From positions 1 to 41,018 of the forward strand of contig JABJGX010000023.1 in the NCBI GenBank assembly GCA_018662075.1: 41,018 nt of DNA, given 5' to 3'. Every line of letters starts with the position of its first letter. The first letter of the stretch is position 1. The stretch comes from Candidatus Peregrinibacteria bacterium. Lineage in GTDB: Bacteria; Patescibacteriota; Gracilibacteria; Peribacterales; Peribacteraceae. Positions 26,746 to 35,635 of the stretch are shown here, piece after piece. The notes beneath the pieces are model-generated. The model did not search any database and had not been told where the DNA came from. It saw only the letters and a list, made by a program, of their open reading frames with translations. Both the position numbers and the translations under genes were made by a program.

Positions 26746-27741
26746 TTACATTCCTGTCATGACTCTATAGATTATTTCTGCCATTTCACCACGAGTGAGG
26801 AGCTGGTTTGGATCTGTAAAGCTTGGGGGAAGGCCACCAATACGGGACATTGCAAAGACGTATGGCTTCCACCACACACTAAGTTGTTGGTCTTCTGGAT
26901 TGGTCTTAATGGCGAATGCATTGATAACAATCTTGGCTGCTTCTGCAAAGTTAACGGGATTACTTGGTCTAAATGTTCCATCATCGTATCCATCTATAAC
27001 GTTATCATTCTTTCCGATACAGACATAGTCTGCGTACCAGTCACTTTGATGAACGTCGGAGAAGAGGTCTTGTGACTCACAGTTATCTGTCGCTTCTTGC
27101 GTGAAGTTTGCGGTAATGATGATCTTTGTAAATTCTGCACGGTTTATAGTCTGGTTTGGTCGGAATGTTCCATCCTTGTATCCACTAACAATTCCTTCGT
27201 TGCGGACAAATGTAATGGCTTTGACGTTTGGGTGATTAGGTGGAACGTCGTCGAATACACGATTTTCTTCTTCAACTGGATCTTCTTCATGTTCTGGTCC
27301 AGCAATGACTTCTGGCTCGGCCTCTGGTTCGGTACCGTCGTGGTTATCGAGCCATATGGCAAGATCTGCTATGTCTACTGCTGTTGTTCCGCTGCAGAGC
27401 CCTGTGTGATACGTGCCATCATTTGTATTGATAAAGATGATAGTACTTTCATTTGGTGGAAGCTGTATTCCGCATGCGGCACTGTTATTTGCTGTTTCGA
27501 TTTCGATGTATGCATCTGCTTGTCCTTTCCATACCTTCTCGACACTAACGTTGTAGACAAGGGACATACTTTTCTCTGTCACAGAGATTGCAGATCCTTG
27601 GATGATGAGATCTGCGTTGCTGTATGATGCAGTATGCTGTTCTTCTGTATCAGTGAAACCGATACAAGAACATGCAAAAACTTCTTGCGGTGTGGCAAGA
27701 GCGCTTAGAAGCAAGATGAAGATGAGAGGGAATTTGCGCAT
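26746..27741 (-). CDS. secreted protein: N-terminal TIMP/NTR-like module (mature N-terminus CSC) plus SLH cell-wall anchoring repeats
   Basis: 331 aa. Signal peptide ...ATPQEVFA, then CSCIG. The pattern is collinear with the TIMP N-domain (CxC, NADLIIQG, VEKVWKG, SAACG, HTGLCS). The C-terminal SLH repeats are FDDVPPNHP...GYKDGTFRPNQTINRAEF, FSDVHQSDWY...GYDDGTFRPSNPVNFAEA and ...LLTRGEMAEIIYR. Confidence 0.8.
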   Translation of the reverse strand: MRKFPLIFILLLSALATPQEVFACSCIGFTDTEEQHTASYSNADLIIQGSAISVTEKSMSLVYNVSVEKVWKGQADAYIEIETANNSAACGIQLPPNESTIIFINTNDGTYHTGLCSGTTAVDIADLAIWLDNHDGTEPEAEPEVIAGPEHEEDPVEEENRVFDDVPPNHPNVKAITFVRNEGIVSGYKDGTFRPNQTINRAEFTKIIITANFTQEATDNCESQDLFSDVHQSDWYADYVCIGKNDNVIDGYDDGTFRPSNPVNFAEAAKIVINAFAIKTNPEDQQLSVWWKPYVFAMSRIGGLPPSFTDPNQLLTRGEMAEIIYRVMTGM

Positions 27742-27822
27742 AAATACGTCCGAGACAGTATACCGTATTTCCCTATTGGCAACAGGGGTTTTAGGGTTTT
27801 TGCTCCTACTGTATTTTTATCC

Positions 27823-29091
27823 CTATGCCCAGTTTGAAGGCGTTATTCCTGGACAATCGAAGCTTTCGCACAATTCTTCTACTTCTTGCGCGATAGATGC
27901 AAGTTTAGCGTTGTCGTCTGCATTATCGATAGCGGCTGACATCCAGTCTCCAAGTTTCTTCATTTCAGCTTCCTTCATTCCACGAGACGTCACTGCAGGT
28001 GTTCCAATACGGACTCCAGATGGATTGAAAGGAGATCCTGTATCAAATGGAACGGTATTACAGTTGGTTACAATTCCTGCTTTATCGAGGGCTCTGGCTG
28101 CATCTCTTCCAGAGATCCCCTTACACTTCAGTGTCTCGAACAAGATGAGGTGGTTATCTGTACCGCCAGTAACAAGCCTAAAACCATGACTGTTGAGTTG
28201 TTCTGCAAGAGTCTTTGCGTTTGCTACAATCTGCGCTGCATAGTCTTTGAACTCTTGAGTATCTGCTTCTTTAAGGGCAACTGCGATTGCTGCTGTTGTA
28301 TTGTTGTGTGGCCCACCTTGTAGTCCTGGAATGATGGCTTTATCGATCTTTACTGCATGCTCTTCCTGACAGAGGATCATTGCGCCTCGTGGTCCACGGA
28401 GTGTTTTGTGTGAGGTTGTGATTCCAGTATCTGCCATTGGGTATGGACTTGGGTGAACGCCACCAACAATGAGCCCTGTAATGTGAGATGTATCTGCATG
28501 GAAGAGTGCACCTACTTCGTCACAGATCTCACGGAATTTAACGAAGTCGATAATACGAGGGTACGCAGTGTATCCAGCAATGATCATTTTTGGTCGTACT
28601 TCTTTTGCTTGTTCGAGGATCTTGTCGTAGTTAAGAAGTTCTGTCTCAGGGTCGAGTTCATAAGGAGAGCTGTTGTAGGTTTTTCCAGAGAAGTTTACCT
28701 TCCAACCATGTGTAAGGTGACCTCCGTGTGGAAGAGCAAGCCCCATAATAGTATCGCCATGTTCAAGGACTGCGTGGTACACCGCCATGTTTGCAGGACT
28801 TCCTGAGTATGGCTGTACGTTTGCATGTGGCATATTAAACATTTTCTTTGCTCGCTCTATTGCGAGAATCTCCACCTGGTCTACCATCTGTTGACCTTCG
28901 TAATACCTCTTCTTTGCGTATCCTTCTGAGTACTTGTTTGTAAGGACAGATCCTGTTGCTTCCATTACTGCATGTGATGCGTAGTTTTCGGATGGAATGA
29001 GTCGCATCTTATTCCATTCACGTGTTTCCTCTTCCATAATAAGATCGCGGATCTCTGGATCAGTTTCCTTGAGTGATGGTAGGTAGGTCAT
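27823..29091 (-). CDS. glyA: serine hydroxymethyltransferase
   Basis: 422 aa with LIPSENY, YSEGY and the PLP-lysine region TTSHKTLRGPRG. Confidence 0.95.
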   Translation of the reverse strand: MTYLPSLKETDPEIRDLIMEEETREWNKMRLIPSENYASHAVMEATGSVLTNKYSEGYAKKRYYEGQQMVDQVEILAIERAKKMFNMPHANVQPYSGSPANMAVYHAVLEHGDTIMGLALPHGGHLTHGWKVNFSGKTYNSSPYELDPETELLNYDKILEQAKEVRPKMIIAGYTAYPRIIDFVKFREICDEVGALFHADTSHITGLIVGGVHPSPYPMADTGITTSHKTLRGPRGAMILCQEEHAVKIDKAIIPGLQGGPHNNTTAAIAVALKEADTQEFKDYAAQIVANAKTLAEQLNSHGFRLVTGGTDNHLILFETLKCKGISGRDAARALDKAGIVTNCNTVPFDTGSPFNPSGVRIGTPAVTSRGMKEAEMKKLGDWMSAAIDNADDNAKLASIAQEVEELCESFDCPGITPSNWA

Positions 29092-29112
29092 GCTTTGATA
29101 GTATCATAATGA

Positions 29113-29703
29113 TCAATCTTTTAAAGATATTTCTATGTAATCATTCGCAGTAATTACGGCGTTCATAAGGACATCATGCGGCTCTGTTGGTACTTCGATC
29201 ATAAGCTGACATTGAAGACAGGTTCCCCATAGAGGAGTGCGCGGATGATGCTTTTTGTACCACTCAAGCCAGGTGTCGTATCCACCAGAACCTCTGCCGA
29301 GACGGTTGCCCTGTCTATCAAAAGCTCTACCAGGAACAAGAATTATATCCACTTCTTTGTCTCCTAGCTCTTCTGCAGACTTTGGTGGTTCTGGAATAGT
29401 GAACTCTCCAGGTGGCAAGTTGTGTAGGTTCTCTGCTTTTCGGTAGATCATTTTTGTATCTGCACCAGCAAAGACTGGAAGGTAGACTGTATCCCCTCTG
29501 TCGAGCAGTTCTTTTAATAGAAGCCGAATATCAACTTCAGACTTCAGAGGGAAGTATGCACACACAGTCGATCCTTCGGGGATACTTTTCAAAAGAATAC
29601 GACTAAGAGTTCTTCCTTCTCCATGGCGCTTTTCTGTATCCATGTCATCAATACGCTTTTTTATCTCTTGCCGAAGAATCTTTTTCTCTTCTGATTTGTG
29701 CAT
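29113..29703 (-). CDS. 5-formyltetrahydrofolate cyclo-ligase
   Basis: 196 aa with VPGRAFDRQGNRLGRGSGGYD, the family signature. Confidence 0.85.
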   Translation of the reverse strand: MHKSEEKKILRQEIKKRIDDMDTEKRHGEGRTLSRILLKSIPEGSTVCAYFPLKSEVDIRLLLKELLDRGDTVYLPVFAGADTKMIYRKAENLHNLPPGEFTIPEPPKSAEELGDKEVDIILVPGRAFDRQGNRLGRGSGGYDTWLEWYKKHHPRTPLWGTCLQCQLMIEVPTEPHDVLMNAVITANDYIEISLKD

Positions 29704-29715
29704 GACATCATTGTA

Positions 29716-31203
29716 TTAGAAAATCTCGGCTGCTGCATCTGCAAGGTTCACAATGTCTTCTTGTGGTTTGGCTGCTTCTACCGGTGCCTTATTATCATCA
29801 TCGAGTTTGCAGTGAATACCTAGCTTCTGCTTGAAGATCTTTTCGAAGATTGCTTCTACTGATCTACTTGCATCGACACCTCGTACTTTGTCTCTGTGAA
29901 ATGAGGATGAAAAGCAGATAGTAATCGTATTGTTTTCATAGTTTGTCACGCGACCATTCTTGAGAGACATCTTTACTGATGATGGAGTCGCTTCATTTAC
30001 AACGGATGTCCATGATTCTCTAATAGTCTCAATAGAGACTTCTGGTGCATTGATTATCGAAGGGGATGATACGGGCTCTGGTGTCTCTACTTCTTCAGCA
30101 ACTGGTTTTTCTTTTACTGGCTCTGGTTTCTTTAAAACAGGTTCTGGCTTCGGCTCCTCTTTTGGAGCTGCTTTTTTTATGGCAGGAGCTGCAACAGTGC
30201 CATCATTTGTGCAGAGCGACAGTAGAGCCGCTTCTACCACCAGGCCTGGTACAGGGCTTGTTCGCATGTCACGGATAGCCTTAAGGAATACATCGAGCAT
30301 TTTTAGGCTGTGTTCTGTACTATGGTTCGCTGCAATGGAATCGTGCAGGTTTGTTCGTGTGCTTTTTAAAAGGTGACGCAAAAATACATCGAGGGGGATG
30401 CCTGCATCTTCTACCTTTGCGATACTTTTGAGTACAGCATCTTTATCATTTGCCGTAATTGCCTCTAGTGCATTCACGCTATATTCCATACCGGTTCCTC
30501 CGGTGCGCTTTTTTACATCTTCGATCCCTACACTCTCAAGTGACTGTAGCTGGTCGAGTAGTGAAATAGCATCTCGCATTCCTCCTTCGCTGGCTGTAGC
30601 AATTGCCCGCAGAGCTTCACGGTCTATTGTTATATGTTCCTGGTCTGCAATGTATTGGAGACGTCTGATAATGTCCTCTTCTCTAATGTGTCTAAATGGG
30701 AAGCACTGACAACGGGACTGAATAGTTGTTGGGATTTTATTGAGCTCTGTTGTTGCGAGAATGAAGAAGACAAACTCTGGTGGTTCTTCGAGGGTTTTTA
30801 GGAGTGCGTTAAATGCTTCTTTCGTAAGCATATGTACCTCATCGACGATGTACACTTTTGCACTTGCGACGATAGGGGAGTACTGCACTTTTTCGATGAG
30901 CTCTCGTACATCATCAATTCCTCTATTACTTGCAGCATCGATTTCGAGAAGATCAACAATATTTCCCTCATCGACTCCTTTCTGAATTGTTTTTTTTAGT
31001 TCTTCATCTTCTATTCCCCGAGTCATAAGCTCTTTTGCAAGGAGGCGTGCAATGGTTGTCTTGCCGATTCCTCTACTGCCTGCAAACAAATATGCATGTG
31101 CCAATTTTCCTGAAACTGCTGCTTTTTCAAGGGTTGCAACTACGTGCTCTTGTCCTTGAACATCAGTAAATACTTTTGGCCGATATTTATTATAGAGTGA
31201 CAT
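29716..31203 (-). CDS. dnaX: DNA polymerase III subunit gamma/tau
   Basis: 495 aa with Walker A GSRGIGKTT, DEVHML, the SRC motif (IQSRCQ) and a Pro/Glu/Lys-rich linker after about residue 340. Confidence 0.93.
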   Translation of the reverse strand: MSLYNKYRPKVFTDVQGQEHVVATLEKAAVSGKLAHAYLFAGSRGIGKTTIARLLAKELMTRGIEDEELKKTIQKGVDEGNIVDLLEIDAASNRGIDDVRELIEKVQYSPIVASAKVYIVDEVHMLTKEAFNALLKTLEEPPEFVFFILATTELNKIPTTIQSRCQCFPFRHIREEDIIRRLQYIADQEHITIDREALRAIATASEGGMRDAISLLDQLQSLESVGIEDVKKRTGGTGMEYSVNALEAITANDKDAVLKSIAKVEDAGIPLDVFLRHLLKSTRTNLHDSIAANHSTEHSLKMLDVFLKAIRDMRTSPVPGLVVEAALLSLCTNDGTVAAPAIKKAAPKEEPKPEPVLKKPEPVKEKPVAEEVETPEPVSSPSIINAPEVSIETIRESWTSVVNEATPSSVKMSLKNGRVTNYENNTITICFSSSFHRDKVRGVDASRSVEAIFEKIFKQKLGIHCKLDDDNKAPVEAAKPQEDIVNLADAAAEIF

Positions 31204-31224
31204 GGGAGAGGGAGTATAGAGAAA

Positions 31225-31322
31225 AAGGATTACGAAGACTACAAGGACTACAAGGATTCGTTGTTATCTTTGTTCTCATTGTACTCGTTGTAATCCTTGT
31301 AATCCTTGTCATCCTTAATCCT
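31225..31322. repeat. 98-bp quasi-palindrome built from four direct and four inverted 9-mers (AAGGAYTAC / GTAATCCTT)
   Basis: The left arm, 31225-31260, is aaggattac gaagactac aaggactac aaggattcg. The right arm, 31290-31322, is gtaatcctt gtaatcctt gtcatcctt aatcct. The spacer is 29 nt. About 30 bp could pair. It lies in the divergent dnaX / dsbA-like promoter region. Confidence 0.8.
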
Positions 31323-31364
31323 ATGTTCTAGTCTACTCATCGATTATTCTTCATCTTCTATCTC

Positions 31365-31949
31365 ATGAAAAAACTACTCTCACTTTCCATTCTATCTACC
31401 AGCCTTCTCGTTGCATGCGGCGGCGATAGCGATGTTTCTGTTCGTCCTCCAAAAGGGAACGCCAATGCAGTTGTTATTGTTGAAGAGTTTGCAGACTTGC
31501 AGTGTCCTGCATGCTCGGCGGCTCATTCCCAAGTTACTGCTCCACTACTTGCAAAATACAGCAATGATATCCGATTTGAATTTAACCATTTCCCACTTCG
31601 GTCTATCCACCGATTTGCTTTAGATGCTGCTGAAATGTCTGAATGTGCAGCGGACCAAGGAAAGTTCTGGGAGTTTGTTGATATTGCTTATGAAAAGCAG
31701 AAAGATCTTGGCCTCGAGACTCTTATGGATTGGGCAGAAGTTATCGGTCTTGATACAGACATTGCAGAACGTTGTTGGAAGTCACATAGCAAGAGAGACA
31801 TTGTACTCAATGATTATAAAGAAGGGCGTGACCGTGATGTCGCGGGAACTCCTACATTCTTTGTAAACGGAAAACGTGTAAAGACTGGTGTTGATACTCT
31901 AGGTGCAGCTATCGAAGCTGCCCTTAAGGGGAACCAGATGCCTCTATAA
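31365..31949 (+). CDS. DsbA-family thiol:disulfide oxidoreductase lipoprotein
   Basis: 194 aa with lipobox LLVAC-GG and active site CPAC, on a DsbA-like thioredoxin fold (GTPTFFVNG). Confidence 0.8.
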   Translation: MKKLLSLSILSTSLLVACGGDSDVSVRPPKGNANAVVIVEEFADLQCPACSAAHSQVTAPLLAKYSNDIRFEFNHFPLRSIHRFALDAAEMSECAADQGKFWEFVDIAYEKQKDLGLETLMDWAEVIGLDTDIAERCWKSHSKRDIVLNDYKEGRDRDVAGTPTFFVNGKRVKTGVDTLGAAIEAALKGNQMPL

Positions 31950-31962
31950 AGAATCGCATATT

Positions 31963-31995
31963 AAAAAAGCAGGTTGTGAATAACCTGCTTTTTTT
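31963..31995. terminator. bidirectional rho-independent terminator
   Basis: AAAAAA-GCAGGTT-gtgaat-AACCTGC-TTTTTTT lies between convergent genes. Confidence 0.85.
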
Positions 31996-32000
31996 AAATA

Positions 32001-32594
32001 CTATTTGTAGAGTGGGCTGATCTGAGCGAATCCGTAGAGTCTTTCGAGCTCTGTATCGAAGAGTACGAGTGATCGGTACTTGATAGGCTCCTCTATTCCG
32101 ACGACTTCGTATCGACCAGTACCAAGGTTGCTACGCATGAGGCCGAGGTCTATTGCGCTTTCGTCTGGGAATTCTACGTCACGTGGGTCAACGACCGTAG
32201 AGAGGTAGAAGTGCAAGGACGGTCCTGGTGCAGATGCAAAGTCTGGTGCGAGGAACAAAGAGTTACCACTGTAGAGAACCTCACCAGCTGTGAATTCGGT
32301 AATTGGAGTGAACGATCCCTTTGACCCTTTACGCTGATCAACTCGTGCCTTCTGAGCAACTTTGAGCCAGCTTTCTTTTGTCTTATCAATAATTTTCATT
32401 TTTGCCTCATCCTTAATAATAGGATCTTCATAAATTTCGAGTTCTACCATTGTATCCACCATCGATTCAGAATAGCGTTCTGCAAAGAGGGGATTTTCTA
32501 GGAGGTAACTAAGCTCTTGCTCCTTGCTTGTATTTGCATTTTGACATGCAGTTAGAGCGAGTAGAGCCATTGATGCAATGATTGTTTTTTTCAT
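32001..32594 (-). CDS. lipoprotein with C-terminal DM13-like domain
   Basis: 197 aa with lipobox ALTAC-QN. The C-terminal pattern GSF...G...L.L..DF....GPSLHFYLS...IDLG......G.Y.V...Y.S.V matches my recollection of the DM13 fold signature. Confidence 0.6.
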   Translation of the reverse strand: MKKTIIASMALLALTACQNANTSKEQELSYLLENPLFAERYSESMVDTMVELEIYEDPIIKDEAKMKIIDKTKESWLKVAQKARVDQRKGSKGSFTPITEFTAGEVLYSGNSLFLAPDFASAPGPSLHFYLSTVVDPRDVEFPDESAIDLGLMRSNLGTGRYEVVGIEEPIKYRSLVLFDTELERLYGFAQISPLYK

Positions 32595-32663
32595 AAAGTA
32601 TAAAGAGAAGTAACTGAAATGCTATTGTAGTGATATTTTAGCCTTCTACAAGGTAAATAGGTG

Positions 32664-34730
32664 TTAGTTAAGAGAGGTCATTGGGCCGACAGATGCATAA
32701 TTTAGACCTTGAGACTCGAGTGCATAGGCTGCACGTGTCAGCTTTCCTCGTAGATTGTTCGCTACATTTTCATATTCACCAGCAGATACACCTTGGACAA
32801 TCAGGTTGCTCCAGTACCAAAAATTGTAGTTATCTTTATTATTATTTGCTGTTTGAGCAATCAGAGATGCTTCGGATGAGCTTGTGCAGATGTTCTGTGC
32901 CTTGTTAGGCTCTTCGTTGATTGCAGGCTTTTGATGTCCATCGACAAGGTTATTTTCGATTCTGTTTCCATGCCCGACCCCTGGTCTGAGTGTTTCGACG
33001 GTTTCCTCGCGAGCGGTTTCTCGTACAGACCCAAGGTCTCGTGGTAAGTATCCTCTATCTAGTGACCATTGTACGTTGTAGATAAGAACGCCAATCGTAC
33101 GAACACTTCCTGCATTTTGGCTCAGGGCATTTTCGTAAAATGGTCGTATAGGAGCTGGAAGTTGGCTCAGGCAAGAGTCGATTTCTTTCTTTGCTTCTAT
33201 GGCAGATTTCATATCGATACCAGTACCACTCTCTCCTTCTTCTGATGAAGAGCTAAAGGTTTTTAGGTACCTCTTCATAGATTCCAGTTCACTGACCTGA
33301 TGTTCTGTGATGGCCATTGGGGAAGCGAGTGCGAGAAATGCTTCTGCCTCGTCCCAATTTTCACTATCAAGAGCATGTCGAATTTTTCCTTTGATATCCT
33401 TAAAAGAGGAGTGTTCTTCGGGCGCGTCTTCTACTCCTACTCTACTTTCTGTTTCTTCTACATAACTTTTACGCTGTGCAAATGTAAGAGAGAGGAACGA
33501 TGTCTCGCTTAGCCTTGTGAGCCCTTGAGGAACGCGACCCTTTGTCATTTTTGATTCGAGGACATCAAACCGGAACCGCACTTTGGACCATTCTTTCACA
33601 AAGTTTTTTACTTCTTTCACAGAGCGGTCTCGCTCCATCATGTGTGCGACTAAGTATCCTGTATTGTTGTAACTGACGTACTTTGCCTGGGCTGCAGCAT
33701 CTATGACTGTTTTGATCTCCGAGTGGAGAGTCTCTTTTCCTTCTGCCTTTGCAACGACTGCGTTTTGTACTTCTTGGACAATGTTTACCTTTTTGTCATA
33801 GTGAAGAGCGAGGAATTTTTTTGGATCCTGAAAGAGTGCAATGTCTGCAACATCGTTTTTTTCTAAGGTTGCAGCGATAGGGTTGCCTTGGAGTTTTTGA
33901 TACTCTGTGTGAATCTTTTTCCAACTAGCGACGTAGGATGGAAATTGGCGCTTCACAAAGTACTCTCTCGCCTTTGGGTTTATAGAAGGGTCGTTGAAGC
34001 GAGCGATCCATTTTTTCTTTGAGTCTGCAGAGATGTATGTGCCAACAGCGCTATCAAGCTCTTTACTTAAACTTGCAAAGAGACTCTGCTCTCCATCTAC
34101 AATAGGAAGCGCTGACAGGACGTTTGTGATGAGCGCTTGCCTTTGAGGGAAAGTCAGGCTGTTTTGGAATTCATCTTTATTGCTTAGCTTTCCACACATC
34201 TCTTTAATCTTTGAATCGTTTGATTTACTTAACACAGAGAAGCGTGGGTCGTTTAAGGCTGTGTCTCTTTGCACAGAAACTCTGCGCCGCTCTGCAAGAT
34301 ACGTCGGGAGCGTTGTGTTTATAGCAGATTTCTTTTCATCGGAGTGACGGTTTCCGTCACGGATCCAGCCCATCCATGATGCGTATGATTTTTCTGAAAT
34401 TACTTTATCACCGAGGGCATTTTTAAGAGGACCTTCTACTTCATTGTGATACATCTGTAGATTTTCTGCCTTACGCTGCTCTGCACTTTCACTTAGATAG
34501 GAATCGATAAGAGGGCCCCACTGTGCACCATGATTTGAAAGAAGTTTTTCCATGTACTGGCGCTGGTCTCTTACCTGACTAGAAGAGAGGAGTCCTGTTT
34601 CTTGGAAATTAATGCTTACAAAATCTTCAAATCCTCTGCGGATATCTGCTGGATTTACCTCACGCATATCTTTAATCTCTTCAGTTTCTTGCCGGTTTGA
34701 GGTAGAAATGGAAGGTTCCTTATTTGCCAT
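32664..34730 (-). CDS. large hypothetical cytoplasmic protein (688 aa), no recognisable domain
   Basis: Long uninterrupted ORF with no TM segments, signal peptide or nucleotide-binding motifs that I can see. Confidence 0.7.
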   Translation of the reverse strand: MANKEPSISTSNRQETEEIKDMREVNPADIRRGFEDFVSINFQETGLLSSSQVRDQRQYMEKLLSNHGAQWGPLIDSYLSESAEQRKAENLQMYHNEVEGPLKNALGDKVISEKSYASWMGWIRDGNRHSDEKKSAINTTLPTYLAERRRVSVQRDTALNDPRFSVLSKSNDSKIKEMCGKLSNKDEFQNSLTFPQRQALITNVLSALPIVDGEQSLFASLSKELDSAVGTYISADSKKKWIARFNDPSINPKAREYFVKRQFPSYVASWKKIHTEYQKLQGNPIAATLEKNDVADIALFQDPKKFLALHYDKKVNIVQEVQNAVVAKAEGKETLHSEIKTVIDAAAQAKYVSYNNTGYLVAHMMERDRSVKEVKNFVKEWSKVRFRFDVLESKMTKGRVPQGLTRLSETSFLSLTFAQRKSYVEETESRVGVEDAPEEHSSFKDIKGKIRHALDSENWDEAEAFLALASPMAITEHQVSELESMKRYLKTFSSSSEEGESGTGIDMKSAIEAKKEIDSCLSQLPAPIRPFYENALSQNAGSVRTIGVLIYNVQWSLDRGYLPRDLGSVRETAREETVETLRPGVGHGNRIENNLVDGHQKPAINEEPNKAQNICTSSSEASLIAQTANNNKDNYNFWYWSNLIVQGVSAGEYENVANNLRGKLTRAAYALESQGLNYASVGPMTSLN

Positions 34731-34827
34731 GTGTAGGCATTGTAGAGAGGTGATTTACTATAGCAATTTGATTCTCAAAGATTTATGGTACCATCACTAT
34801 CCTTACACGTATTTTCCAAGCGAACAC

Positions 34828-35454
34828 ATGATTCTTTCAGACAGAGATATCAAGCAGAGTATTACCGATGGCCGTATTATTGTTGAGTCCAATCAGAAAG
34901 AGCTCTTTCGGTATATTCATGCTTCATCTATGGACTTTAGGCTCGGCAATACCTTCAAGCTCTACGAGCATAGTAAGTTTGCAGTACTCGACCCTATGAA
35001 CCCAGAATCATTTGCAGGAAACATGCGTACGATCACTGTGGCTGATGGAGATTCTTTTATTGTGCAGCCAGGGGAGTTTGTTCTCGGTGTTACACAGGAA
35101 AAGATCACACTGCCAGATGATTTGGTCGCAAGAGTAGAAGGAAGGAGCAGTCTTGGGCGTCTTGGTATTATAGTTCATTCAACAGCAGGATTCGTAGATC
35201 CTGGTTTCTCTGGAACTATTACACTTGAAATTTCGAACCTTAACCGTCTCCCAGTAGCGTTGTATCCTGGAATGCGTGTGTGCCAGTTGGCCTTCGAGAA
35301 GATGACCTCAGCAGCTGATACGCCGTATCACAGCAAGCCATTTAGTAAGTATCAAGGACAGGTGCTTCCAGAGGAGAGTCGGTTGTCTATCGACCCTGAA
35401 TTTGCCAAGACTGCTAAGGAACTGCCTCTAAACCAGGAAGTAGTCGTTGGGTAA
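34828..35454 (+). CDS. dcd: dCTP deaminase
   Basis: Start at MILSDRDI (ATG 34828), 208 aa, with GRSSLGRLGI and VDPGFSGTITLEISN motifs. Confidence 0.9.
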   Translation: MILSDRDIKQSITDGRIIVESNQKELFRYIHASSMDFRLGNTFKLYEHSKFAVLDPMNPESFAGNMRTITVADGDSFIVQPGEFVLGVTQEKITLPDDLVARVEGRSSLGRLGIIVHSTAGFVDPGFSGTITLEISNLNRLPVALYPGMRVCQLAFEKMTSAADTPYHSKPFSKYQGQVLPEESRLSIDPEFAKTAKELPLNQEVVVG

Positions 35455-35574
35455 TACTGAGAAACTAAGGTCTAAGACCCTTGATATTAATGCATGAATA
35501 TGGTATTTAAAGGCCTTCGCTTGGCTTATCTAAGCGAAGATTTGGTCTTTGACAGTATCGAATCATATTCAAAA

Positions 35575-35635
35575 CTTCAGAGGTTGCTGTAAGTATATTT
35601 TGTATGTTTTCAGCAGCTTCTGAGGTGTTCTCAGA
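35575..35635 (+). promoter_or_regulatory. structured leader element upstream of nhaA (15-bp hairpin with an overlapping alternative hairpin)
   Basis: 35575-35589 pairs with 35611-35625 over 15 bp, 3 of them G-U and therefore plus-strand specific. The alternative hairpin 35619-35624/35630-35635 shares the 3' arm. The SD AGGAG lies at 35659-35663. Confidence 0.35.

Noticed and set aside
26154-27075. Plus-strand ORFs 26154-26528 (124 aa, TTG start) and 26557-27075 (172 aa)
   Set aside because: The first is low-complexity, Leu/Tyr/Phe-rich translation of an AT-rich spacer. The second runs antisense into the SLH gene. Neither has recognisable features, so the region is treated as non-coding.
31204-31364. 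SRP (4.5S/scRNA) gene upstream of dnaX, as in many Firmicutes
   Set aside because: The long hairpin is built from simple 9-mer repeats. It lacks the conserved GGAA-capped domain IV and AGCA loops.
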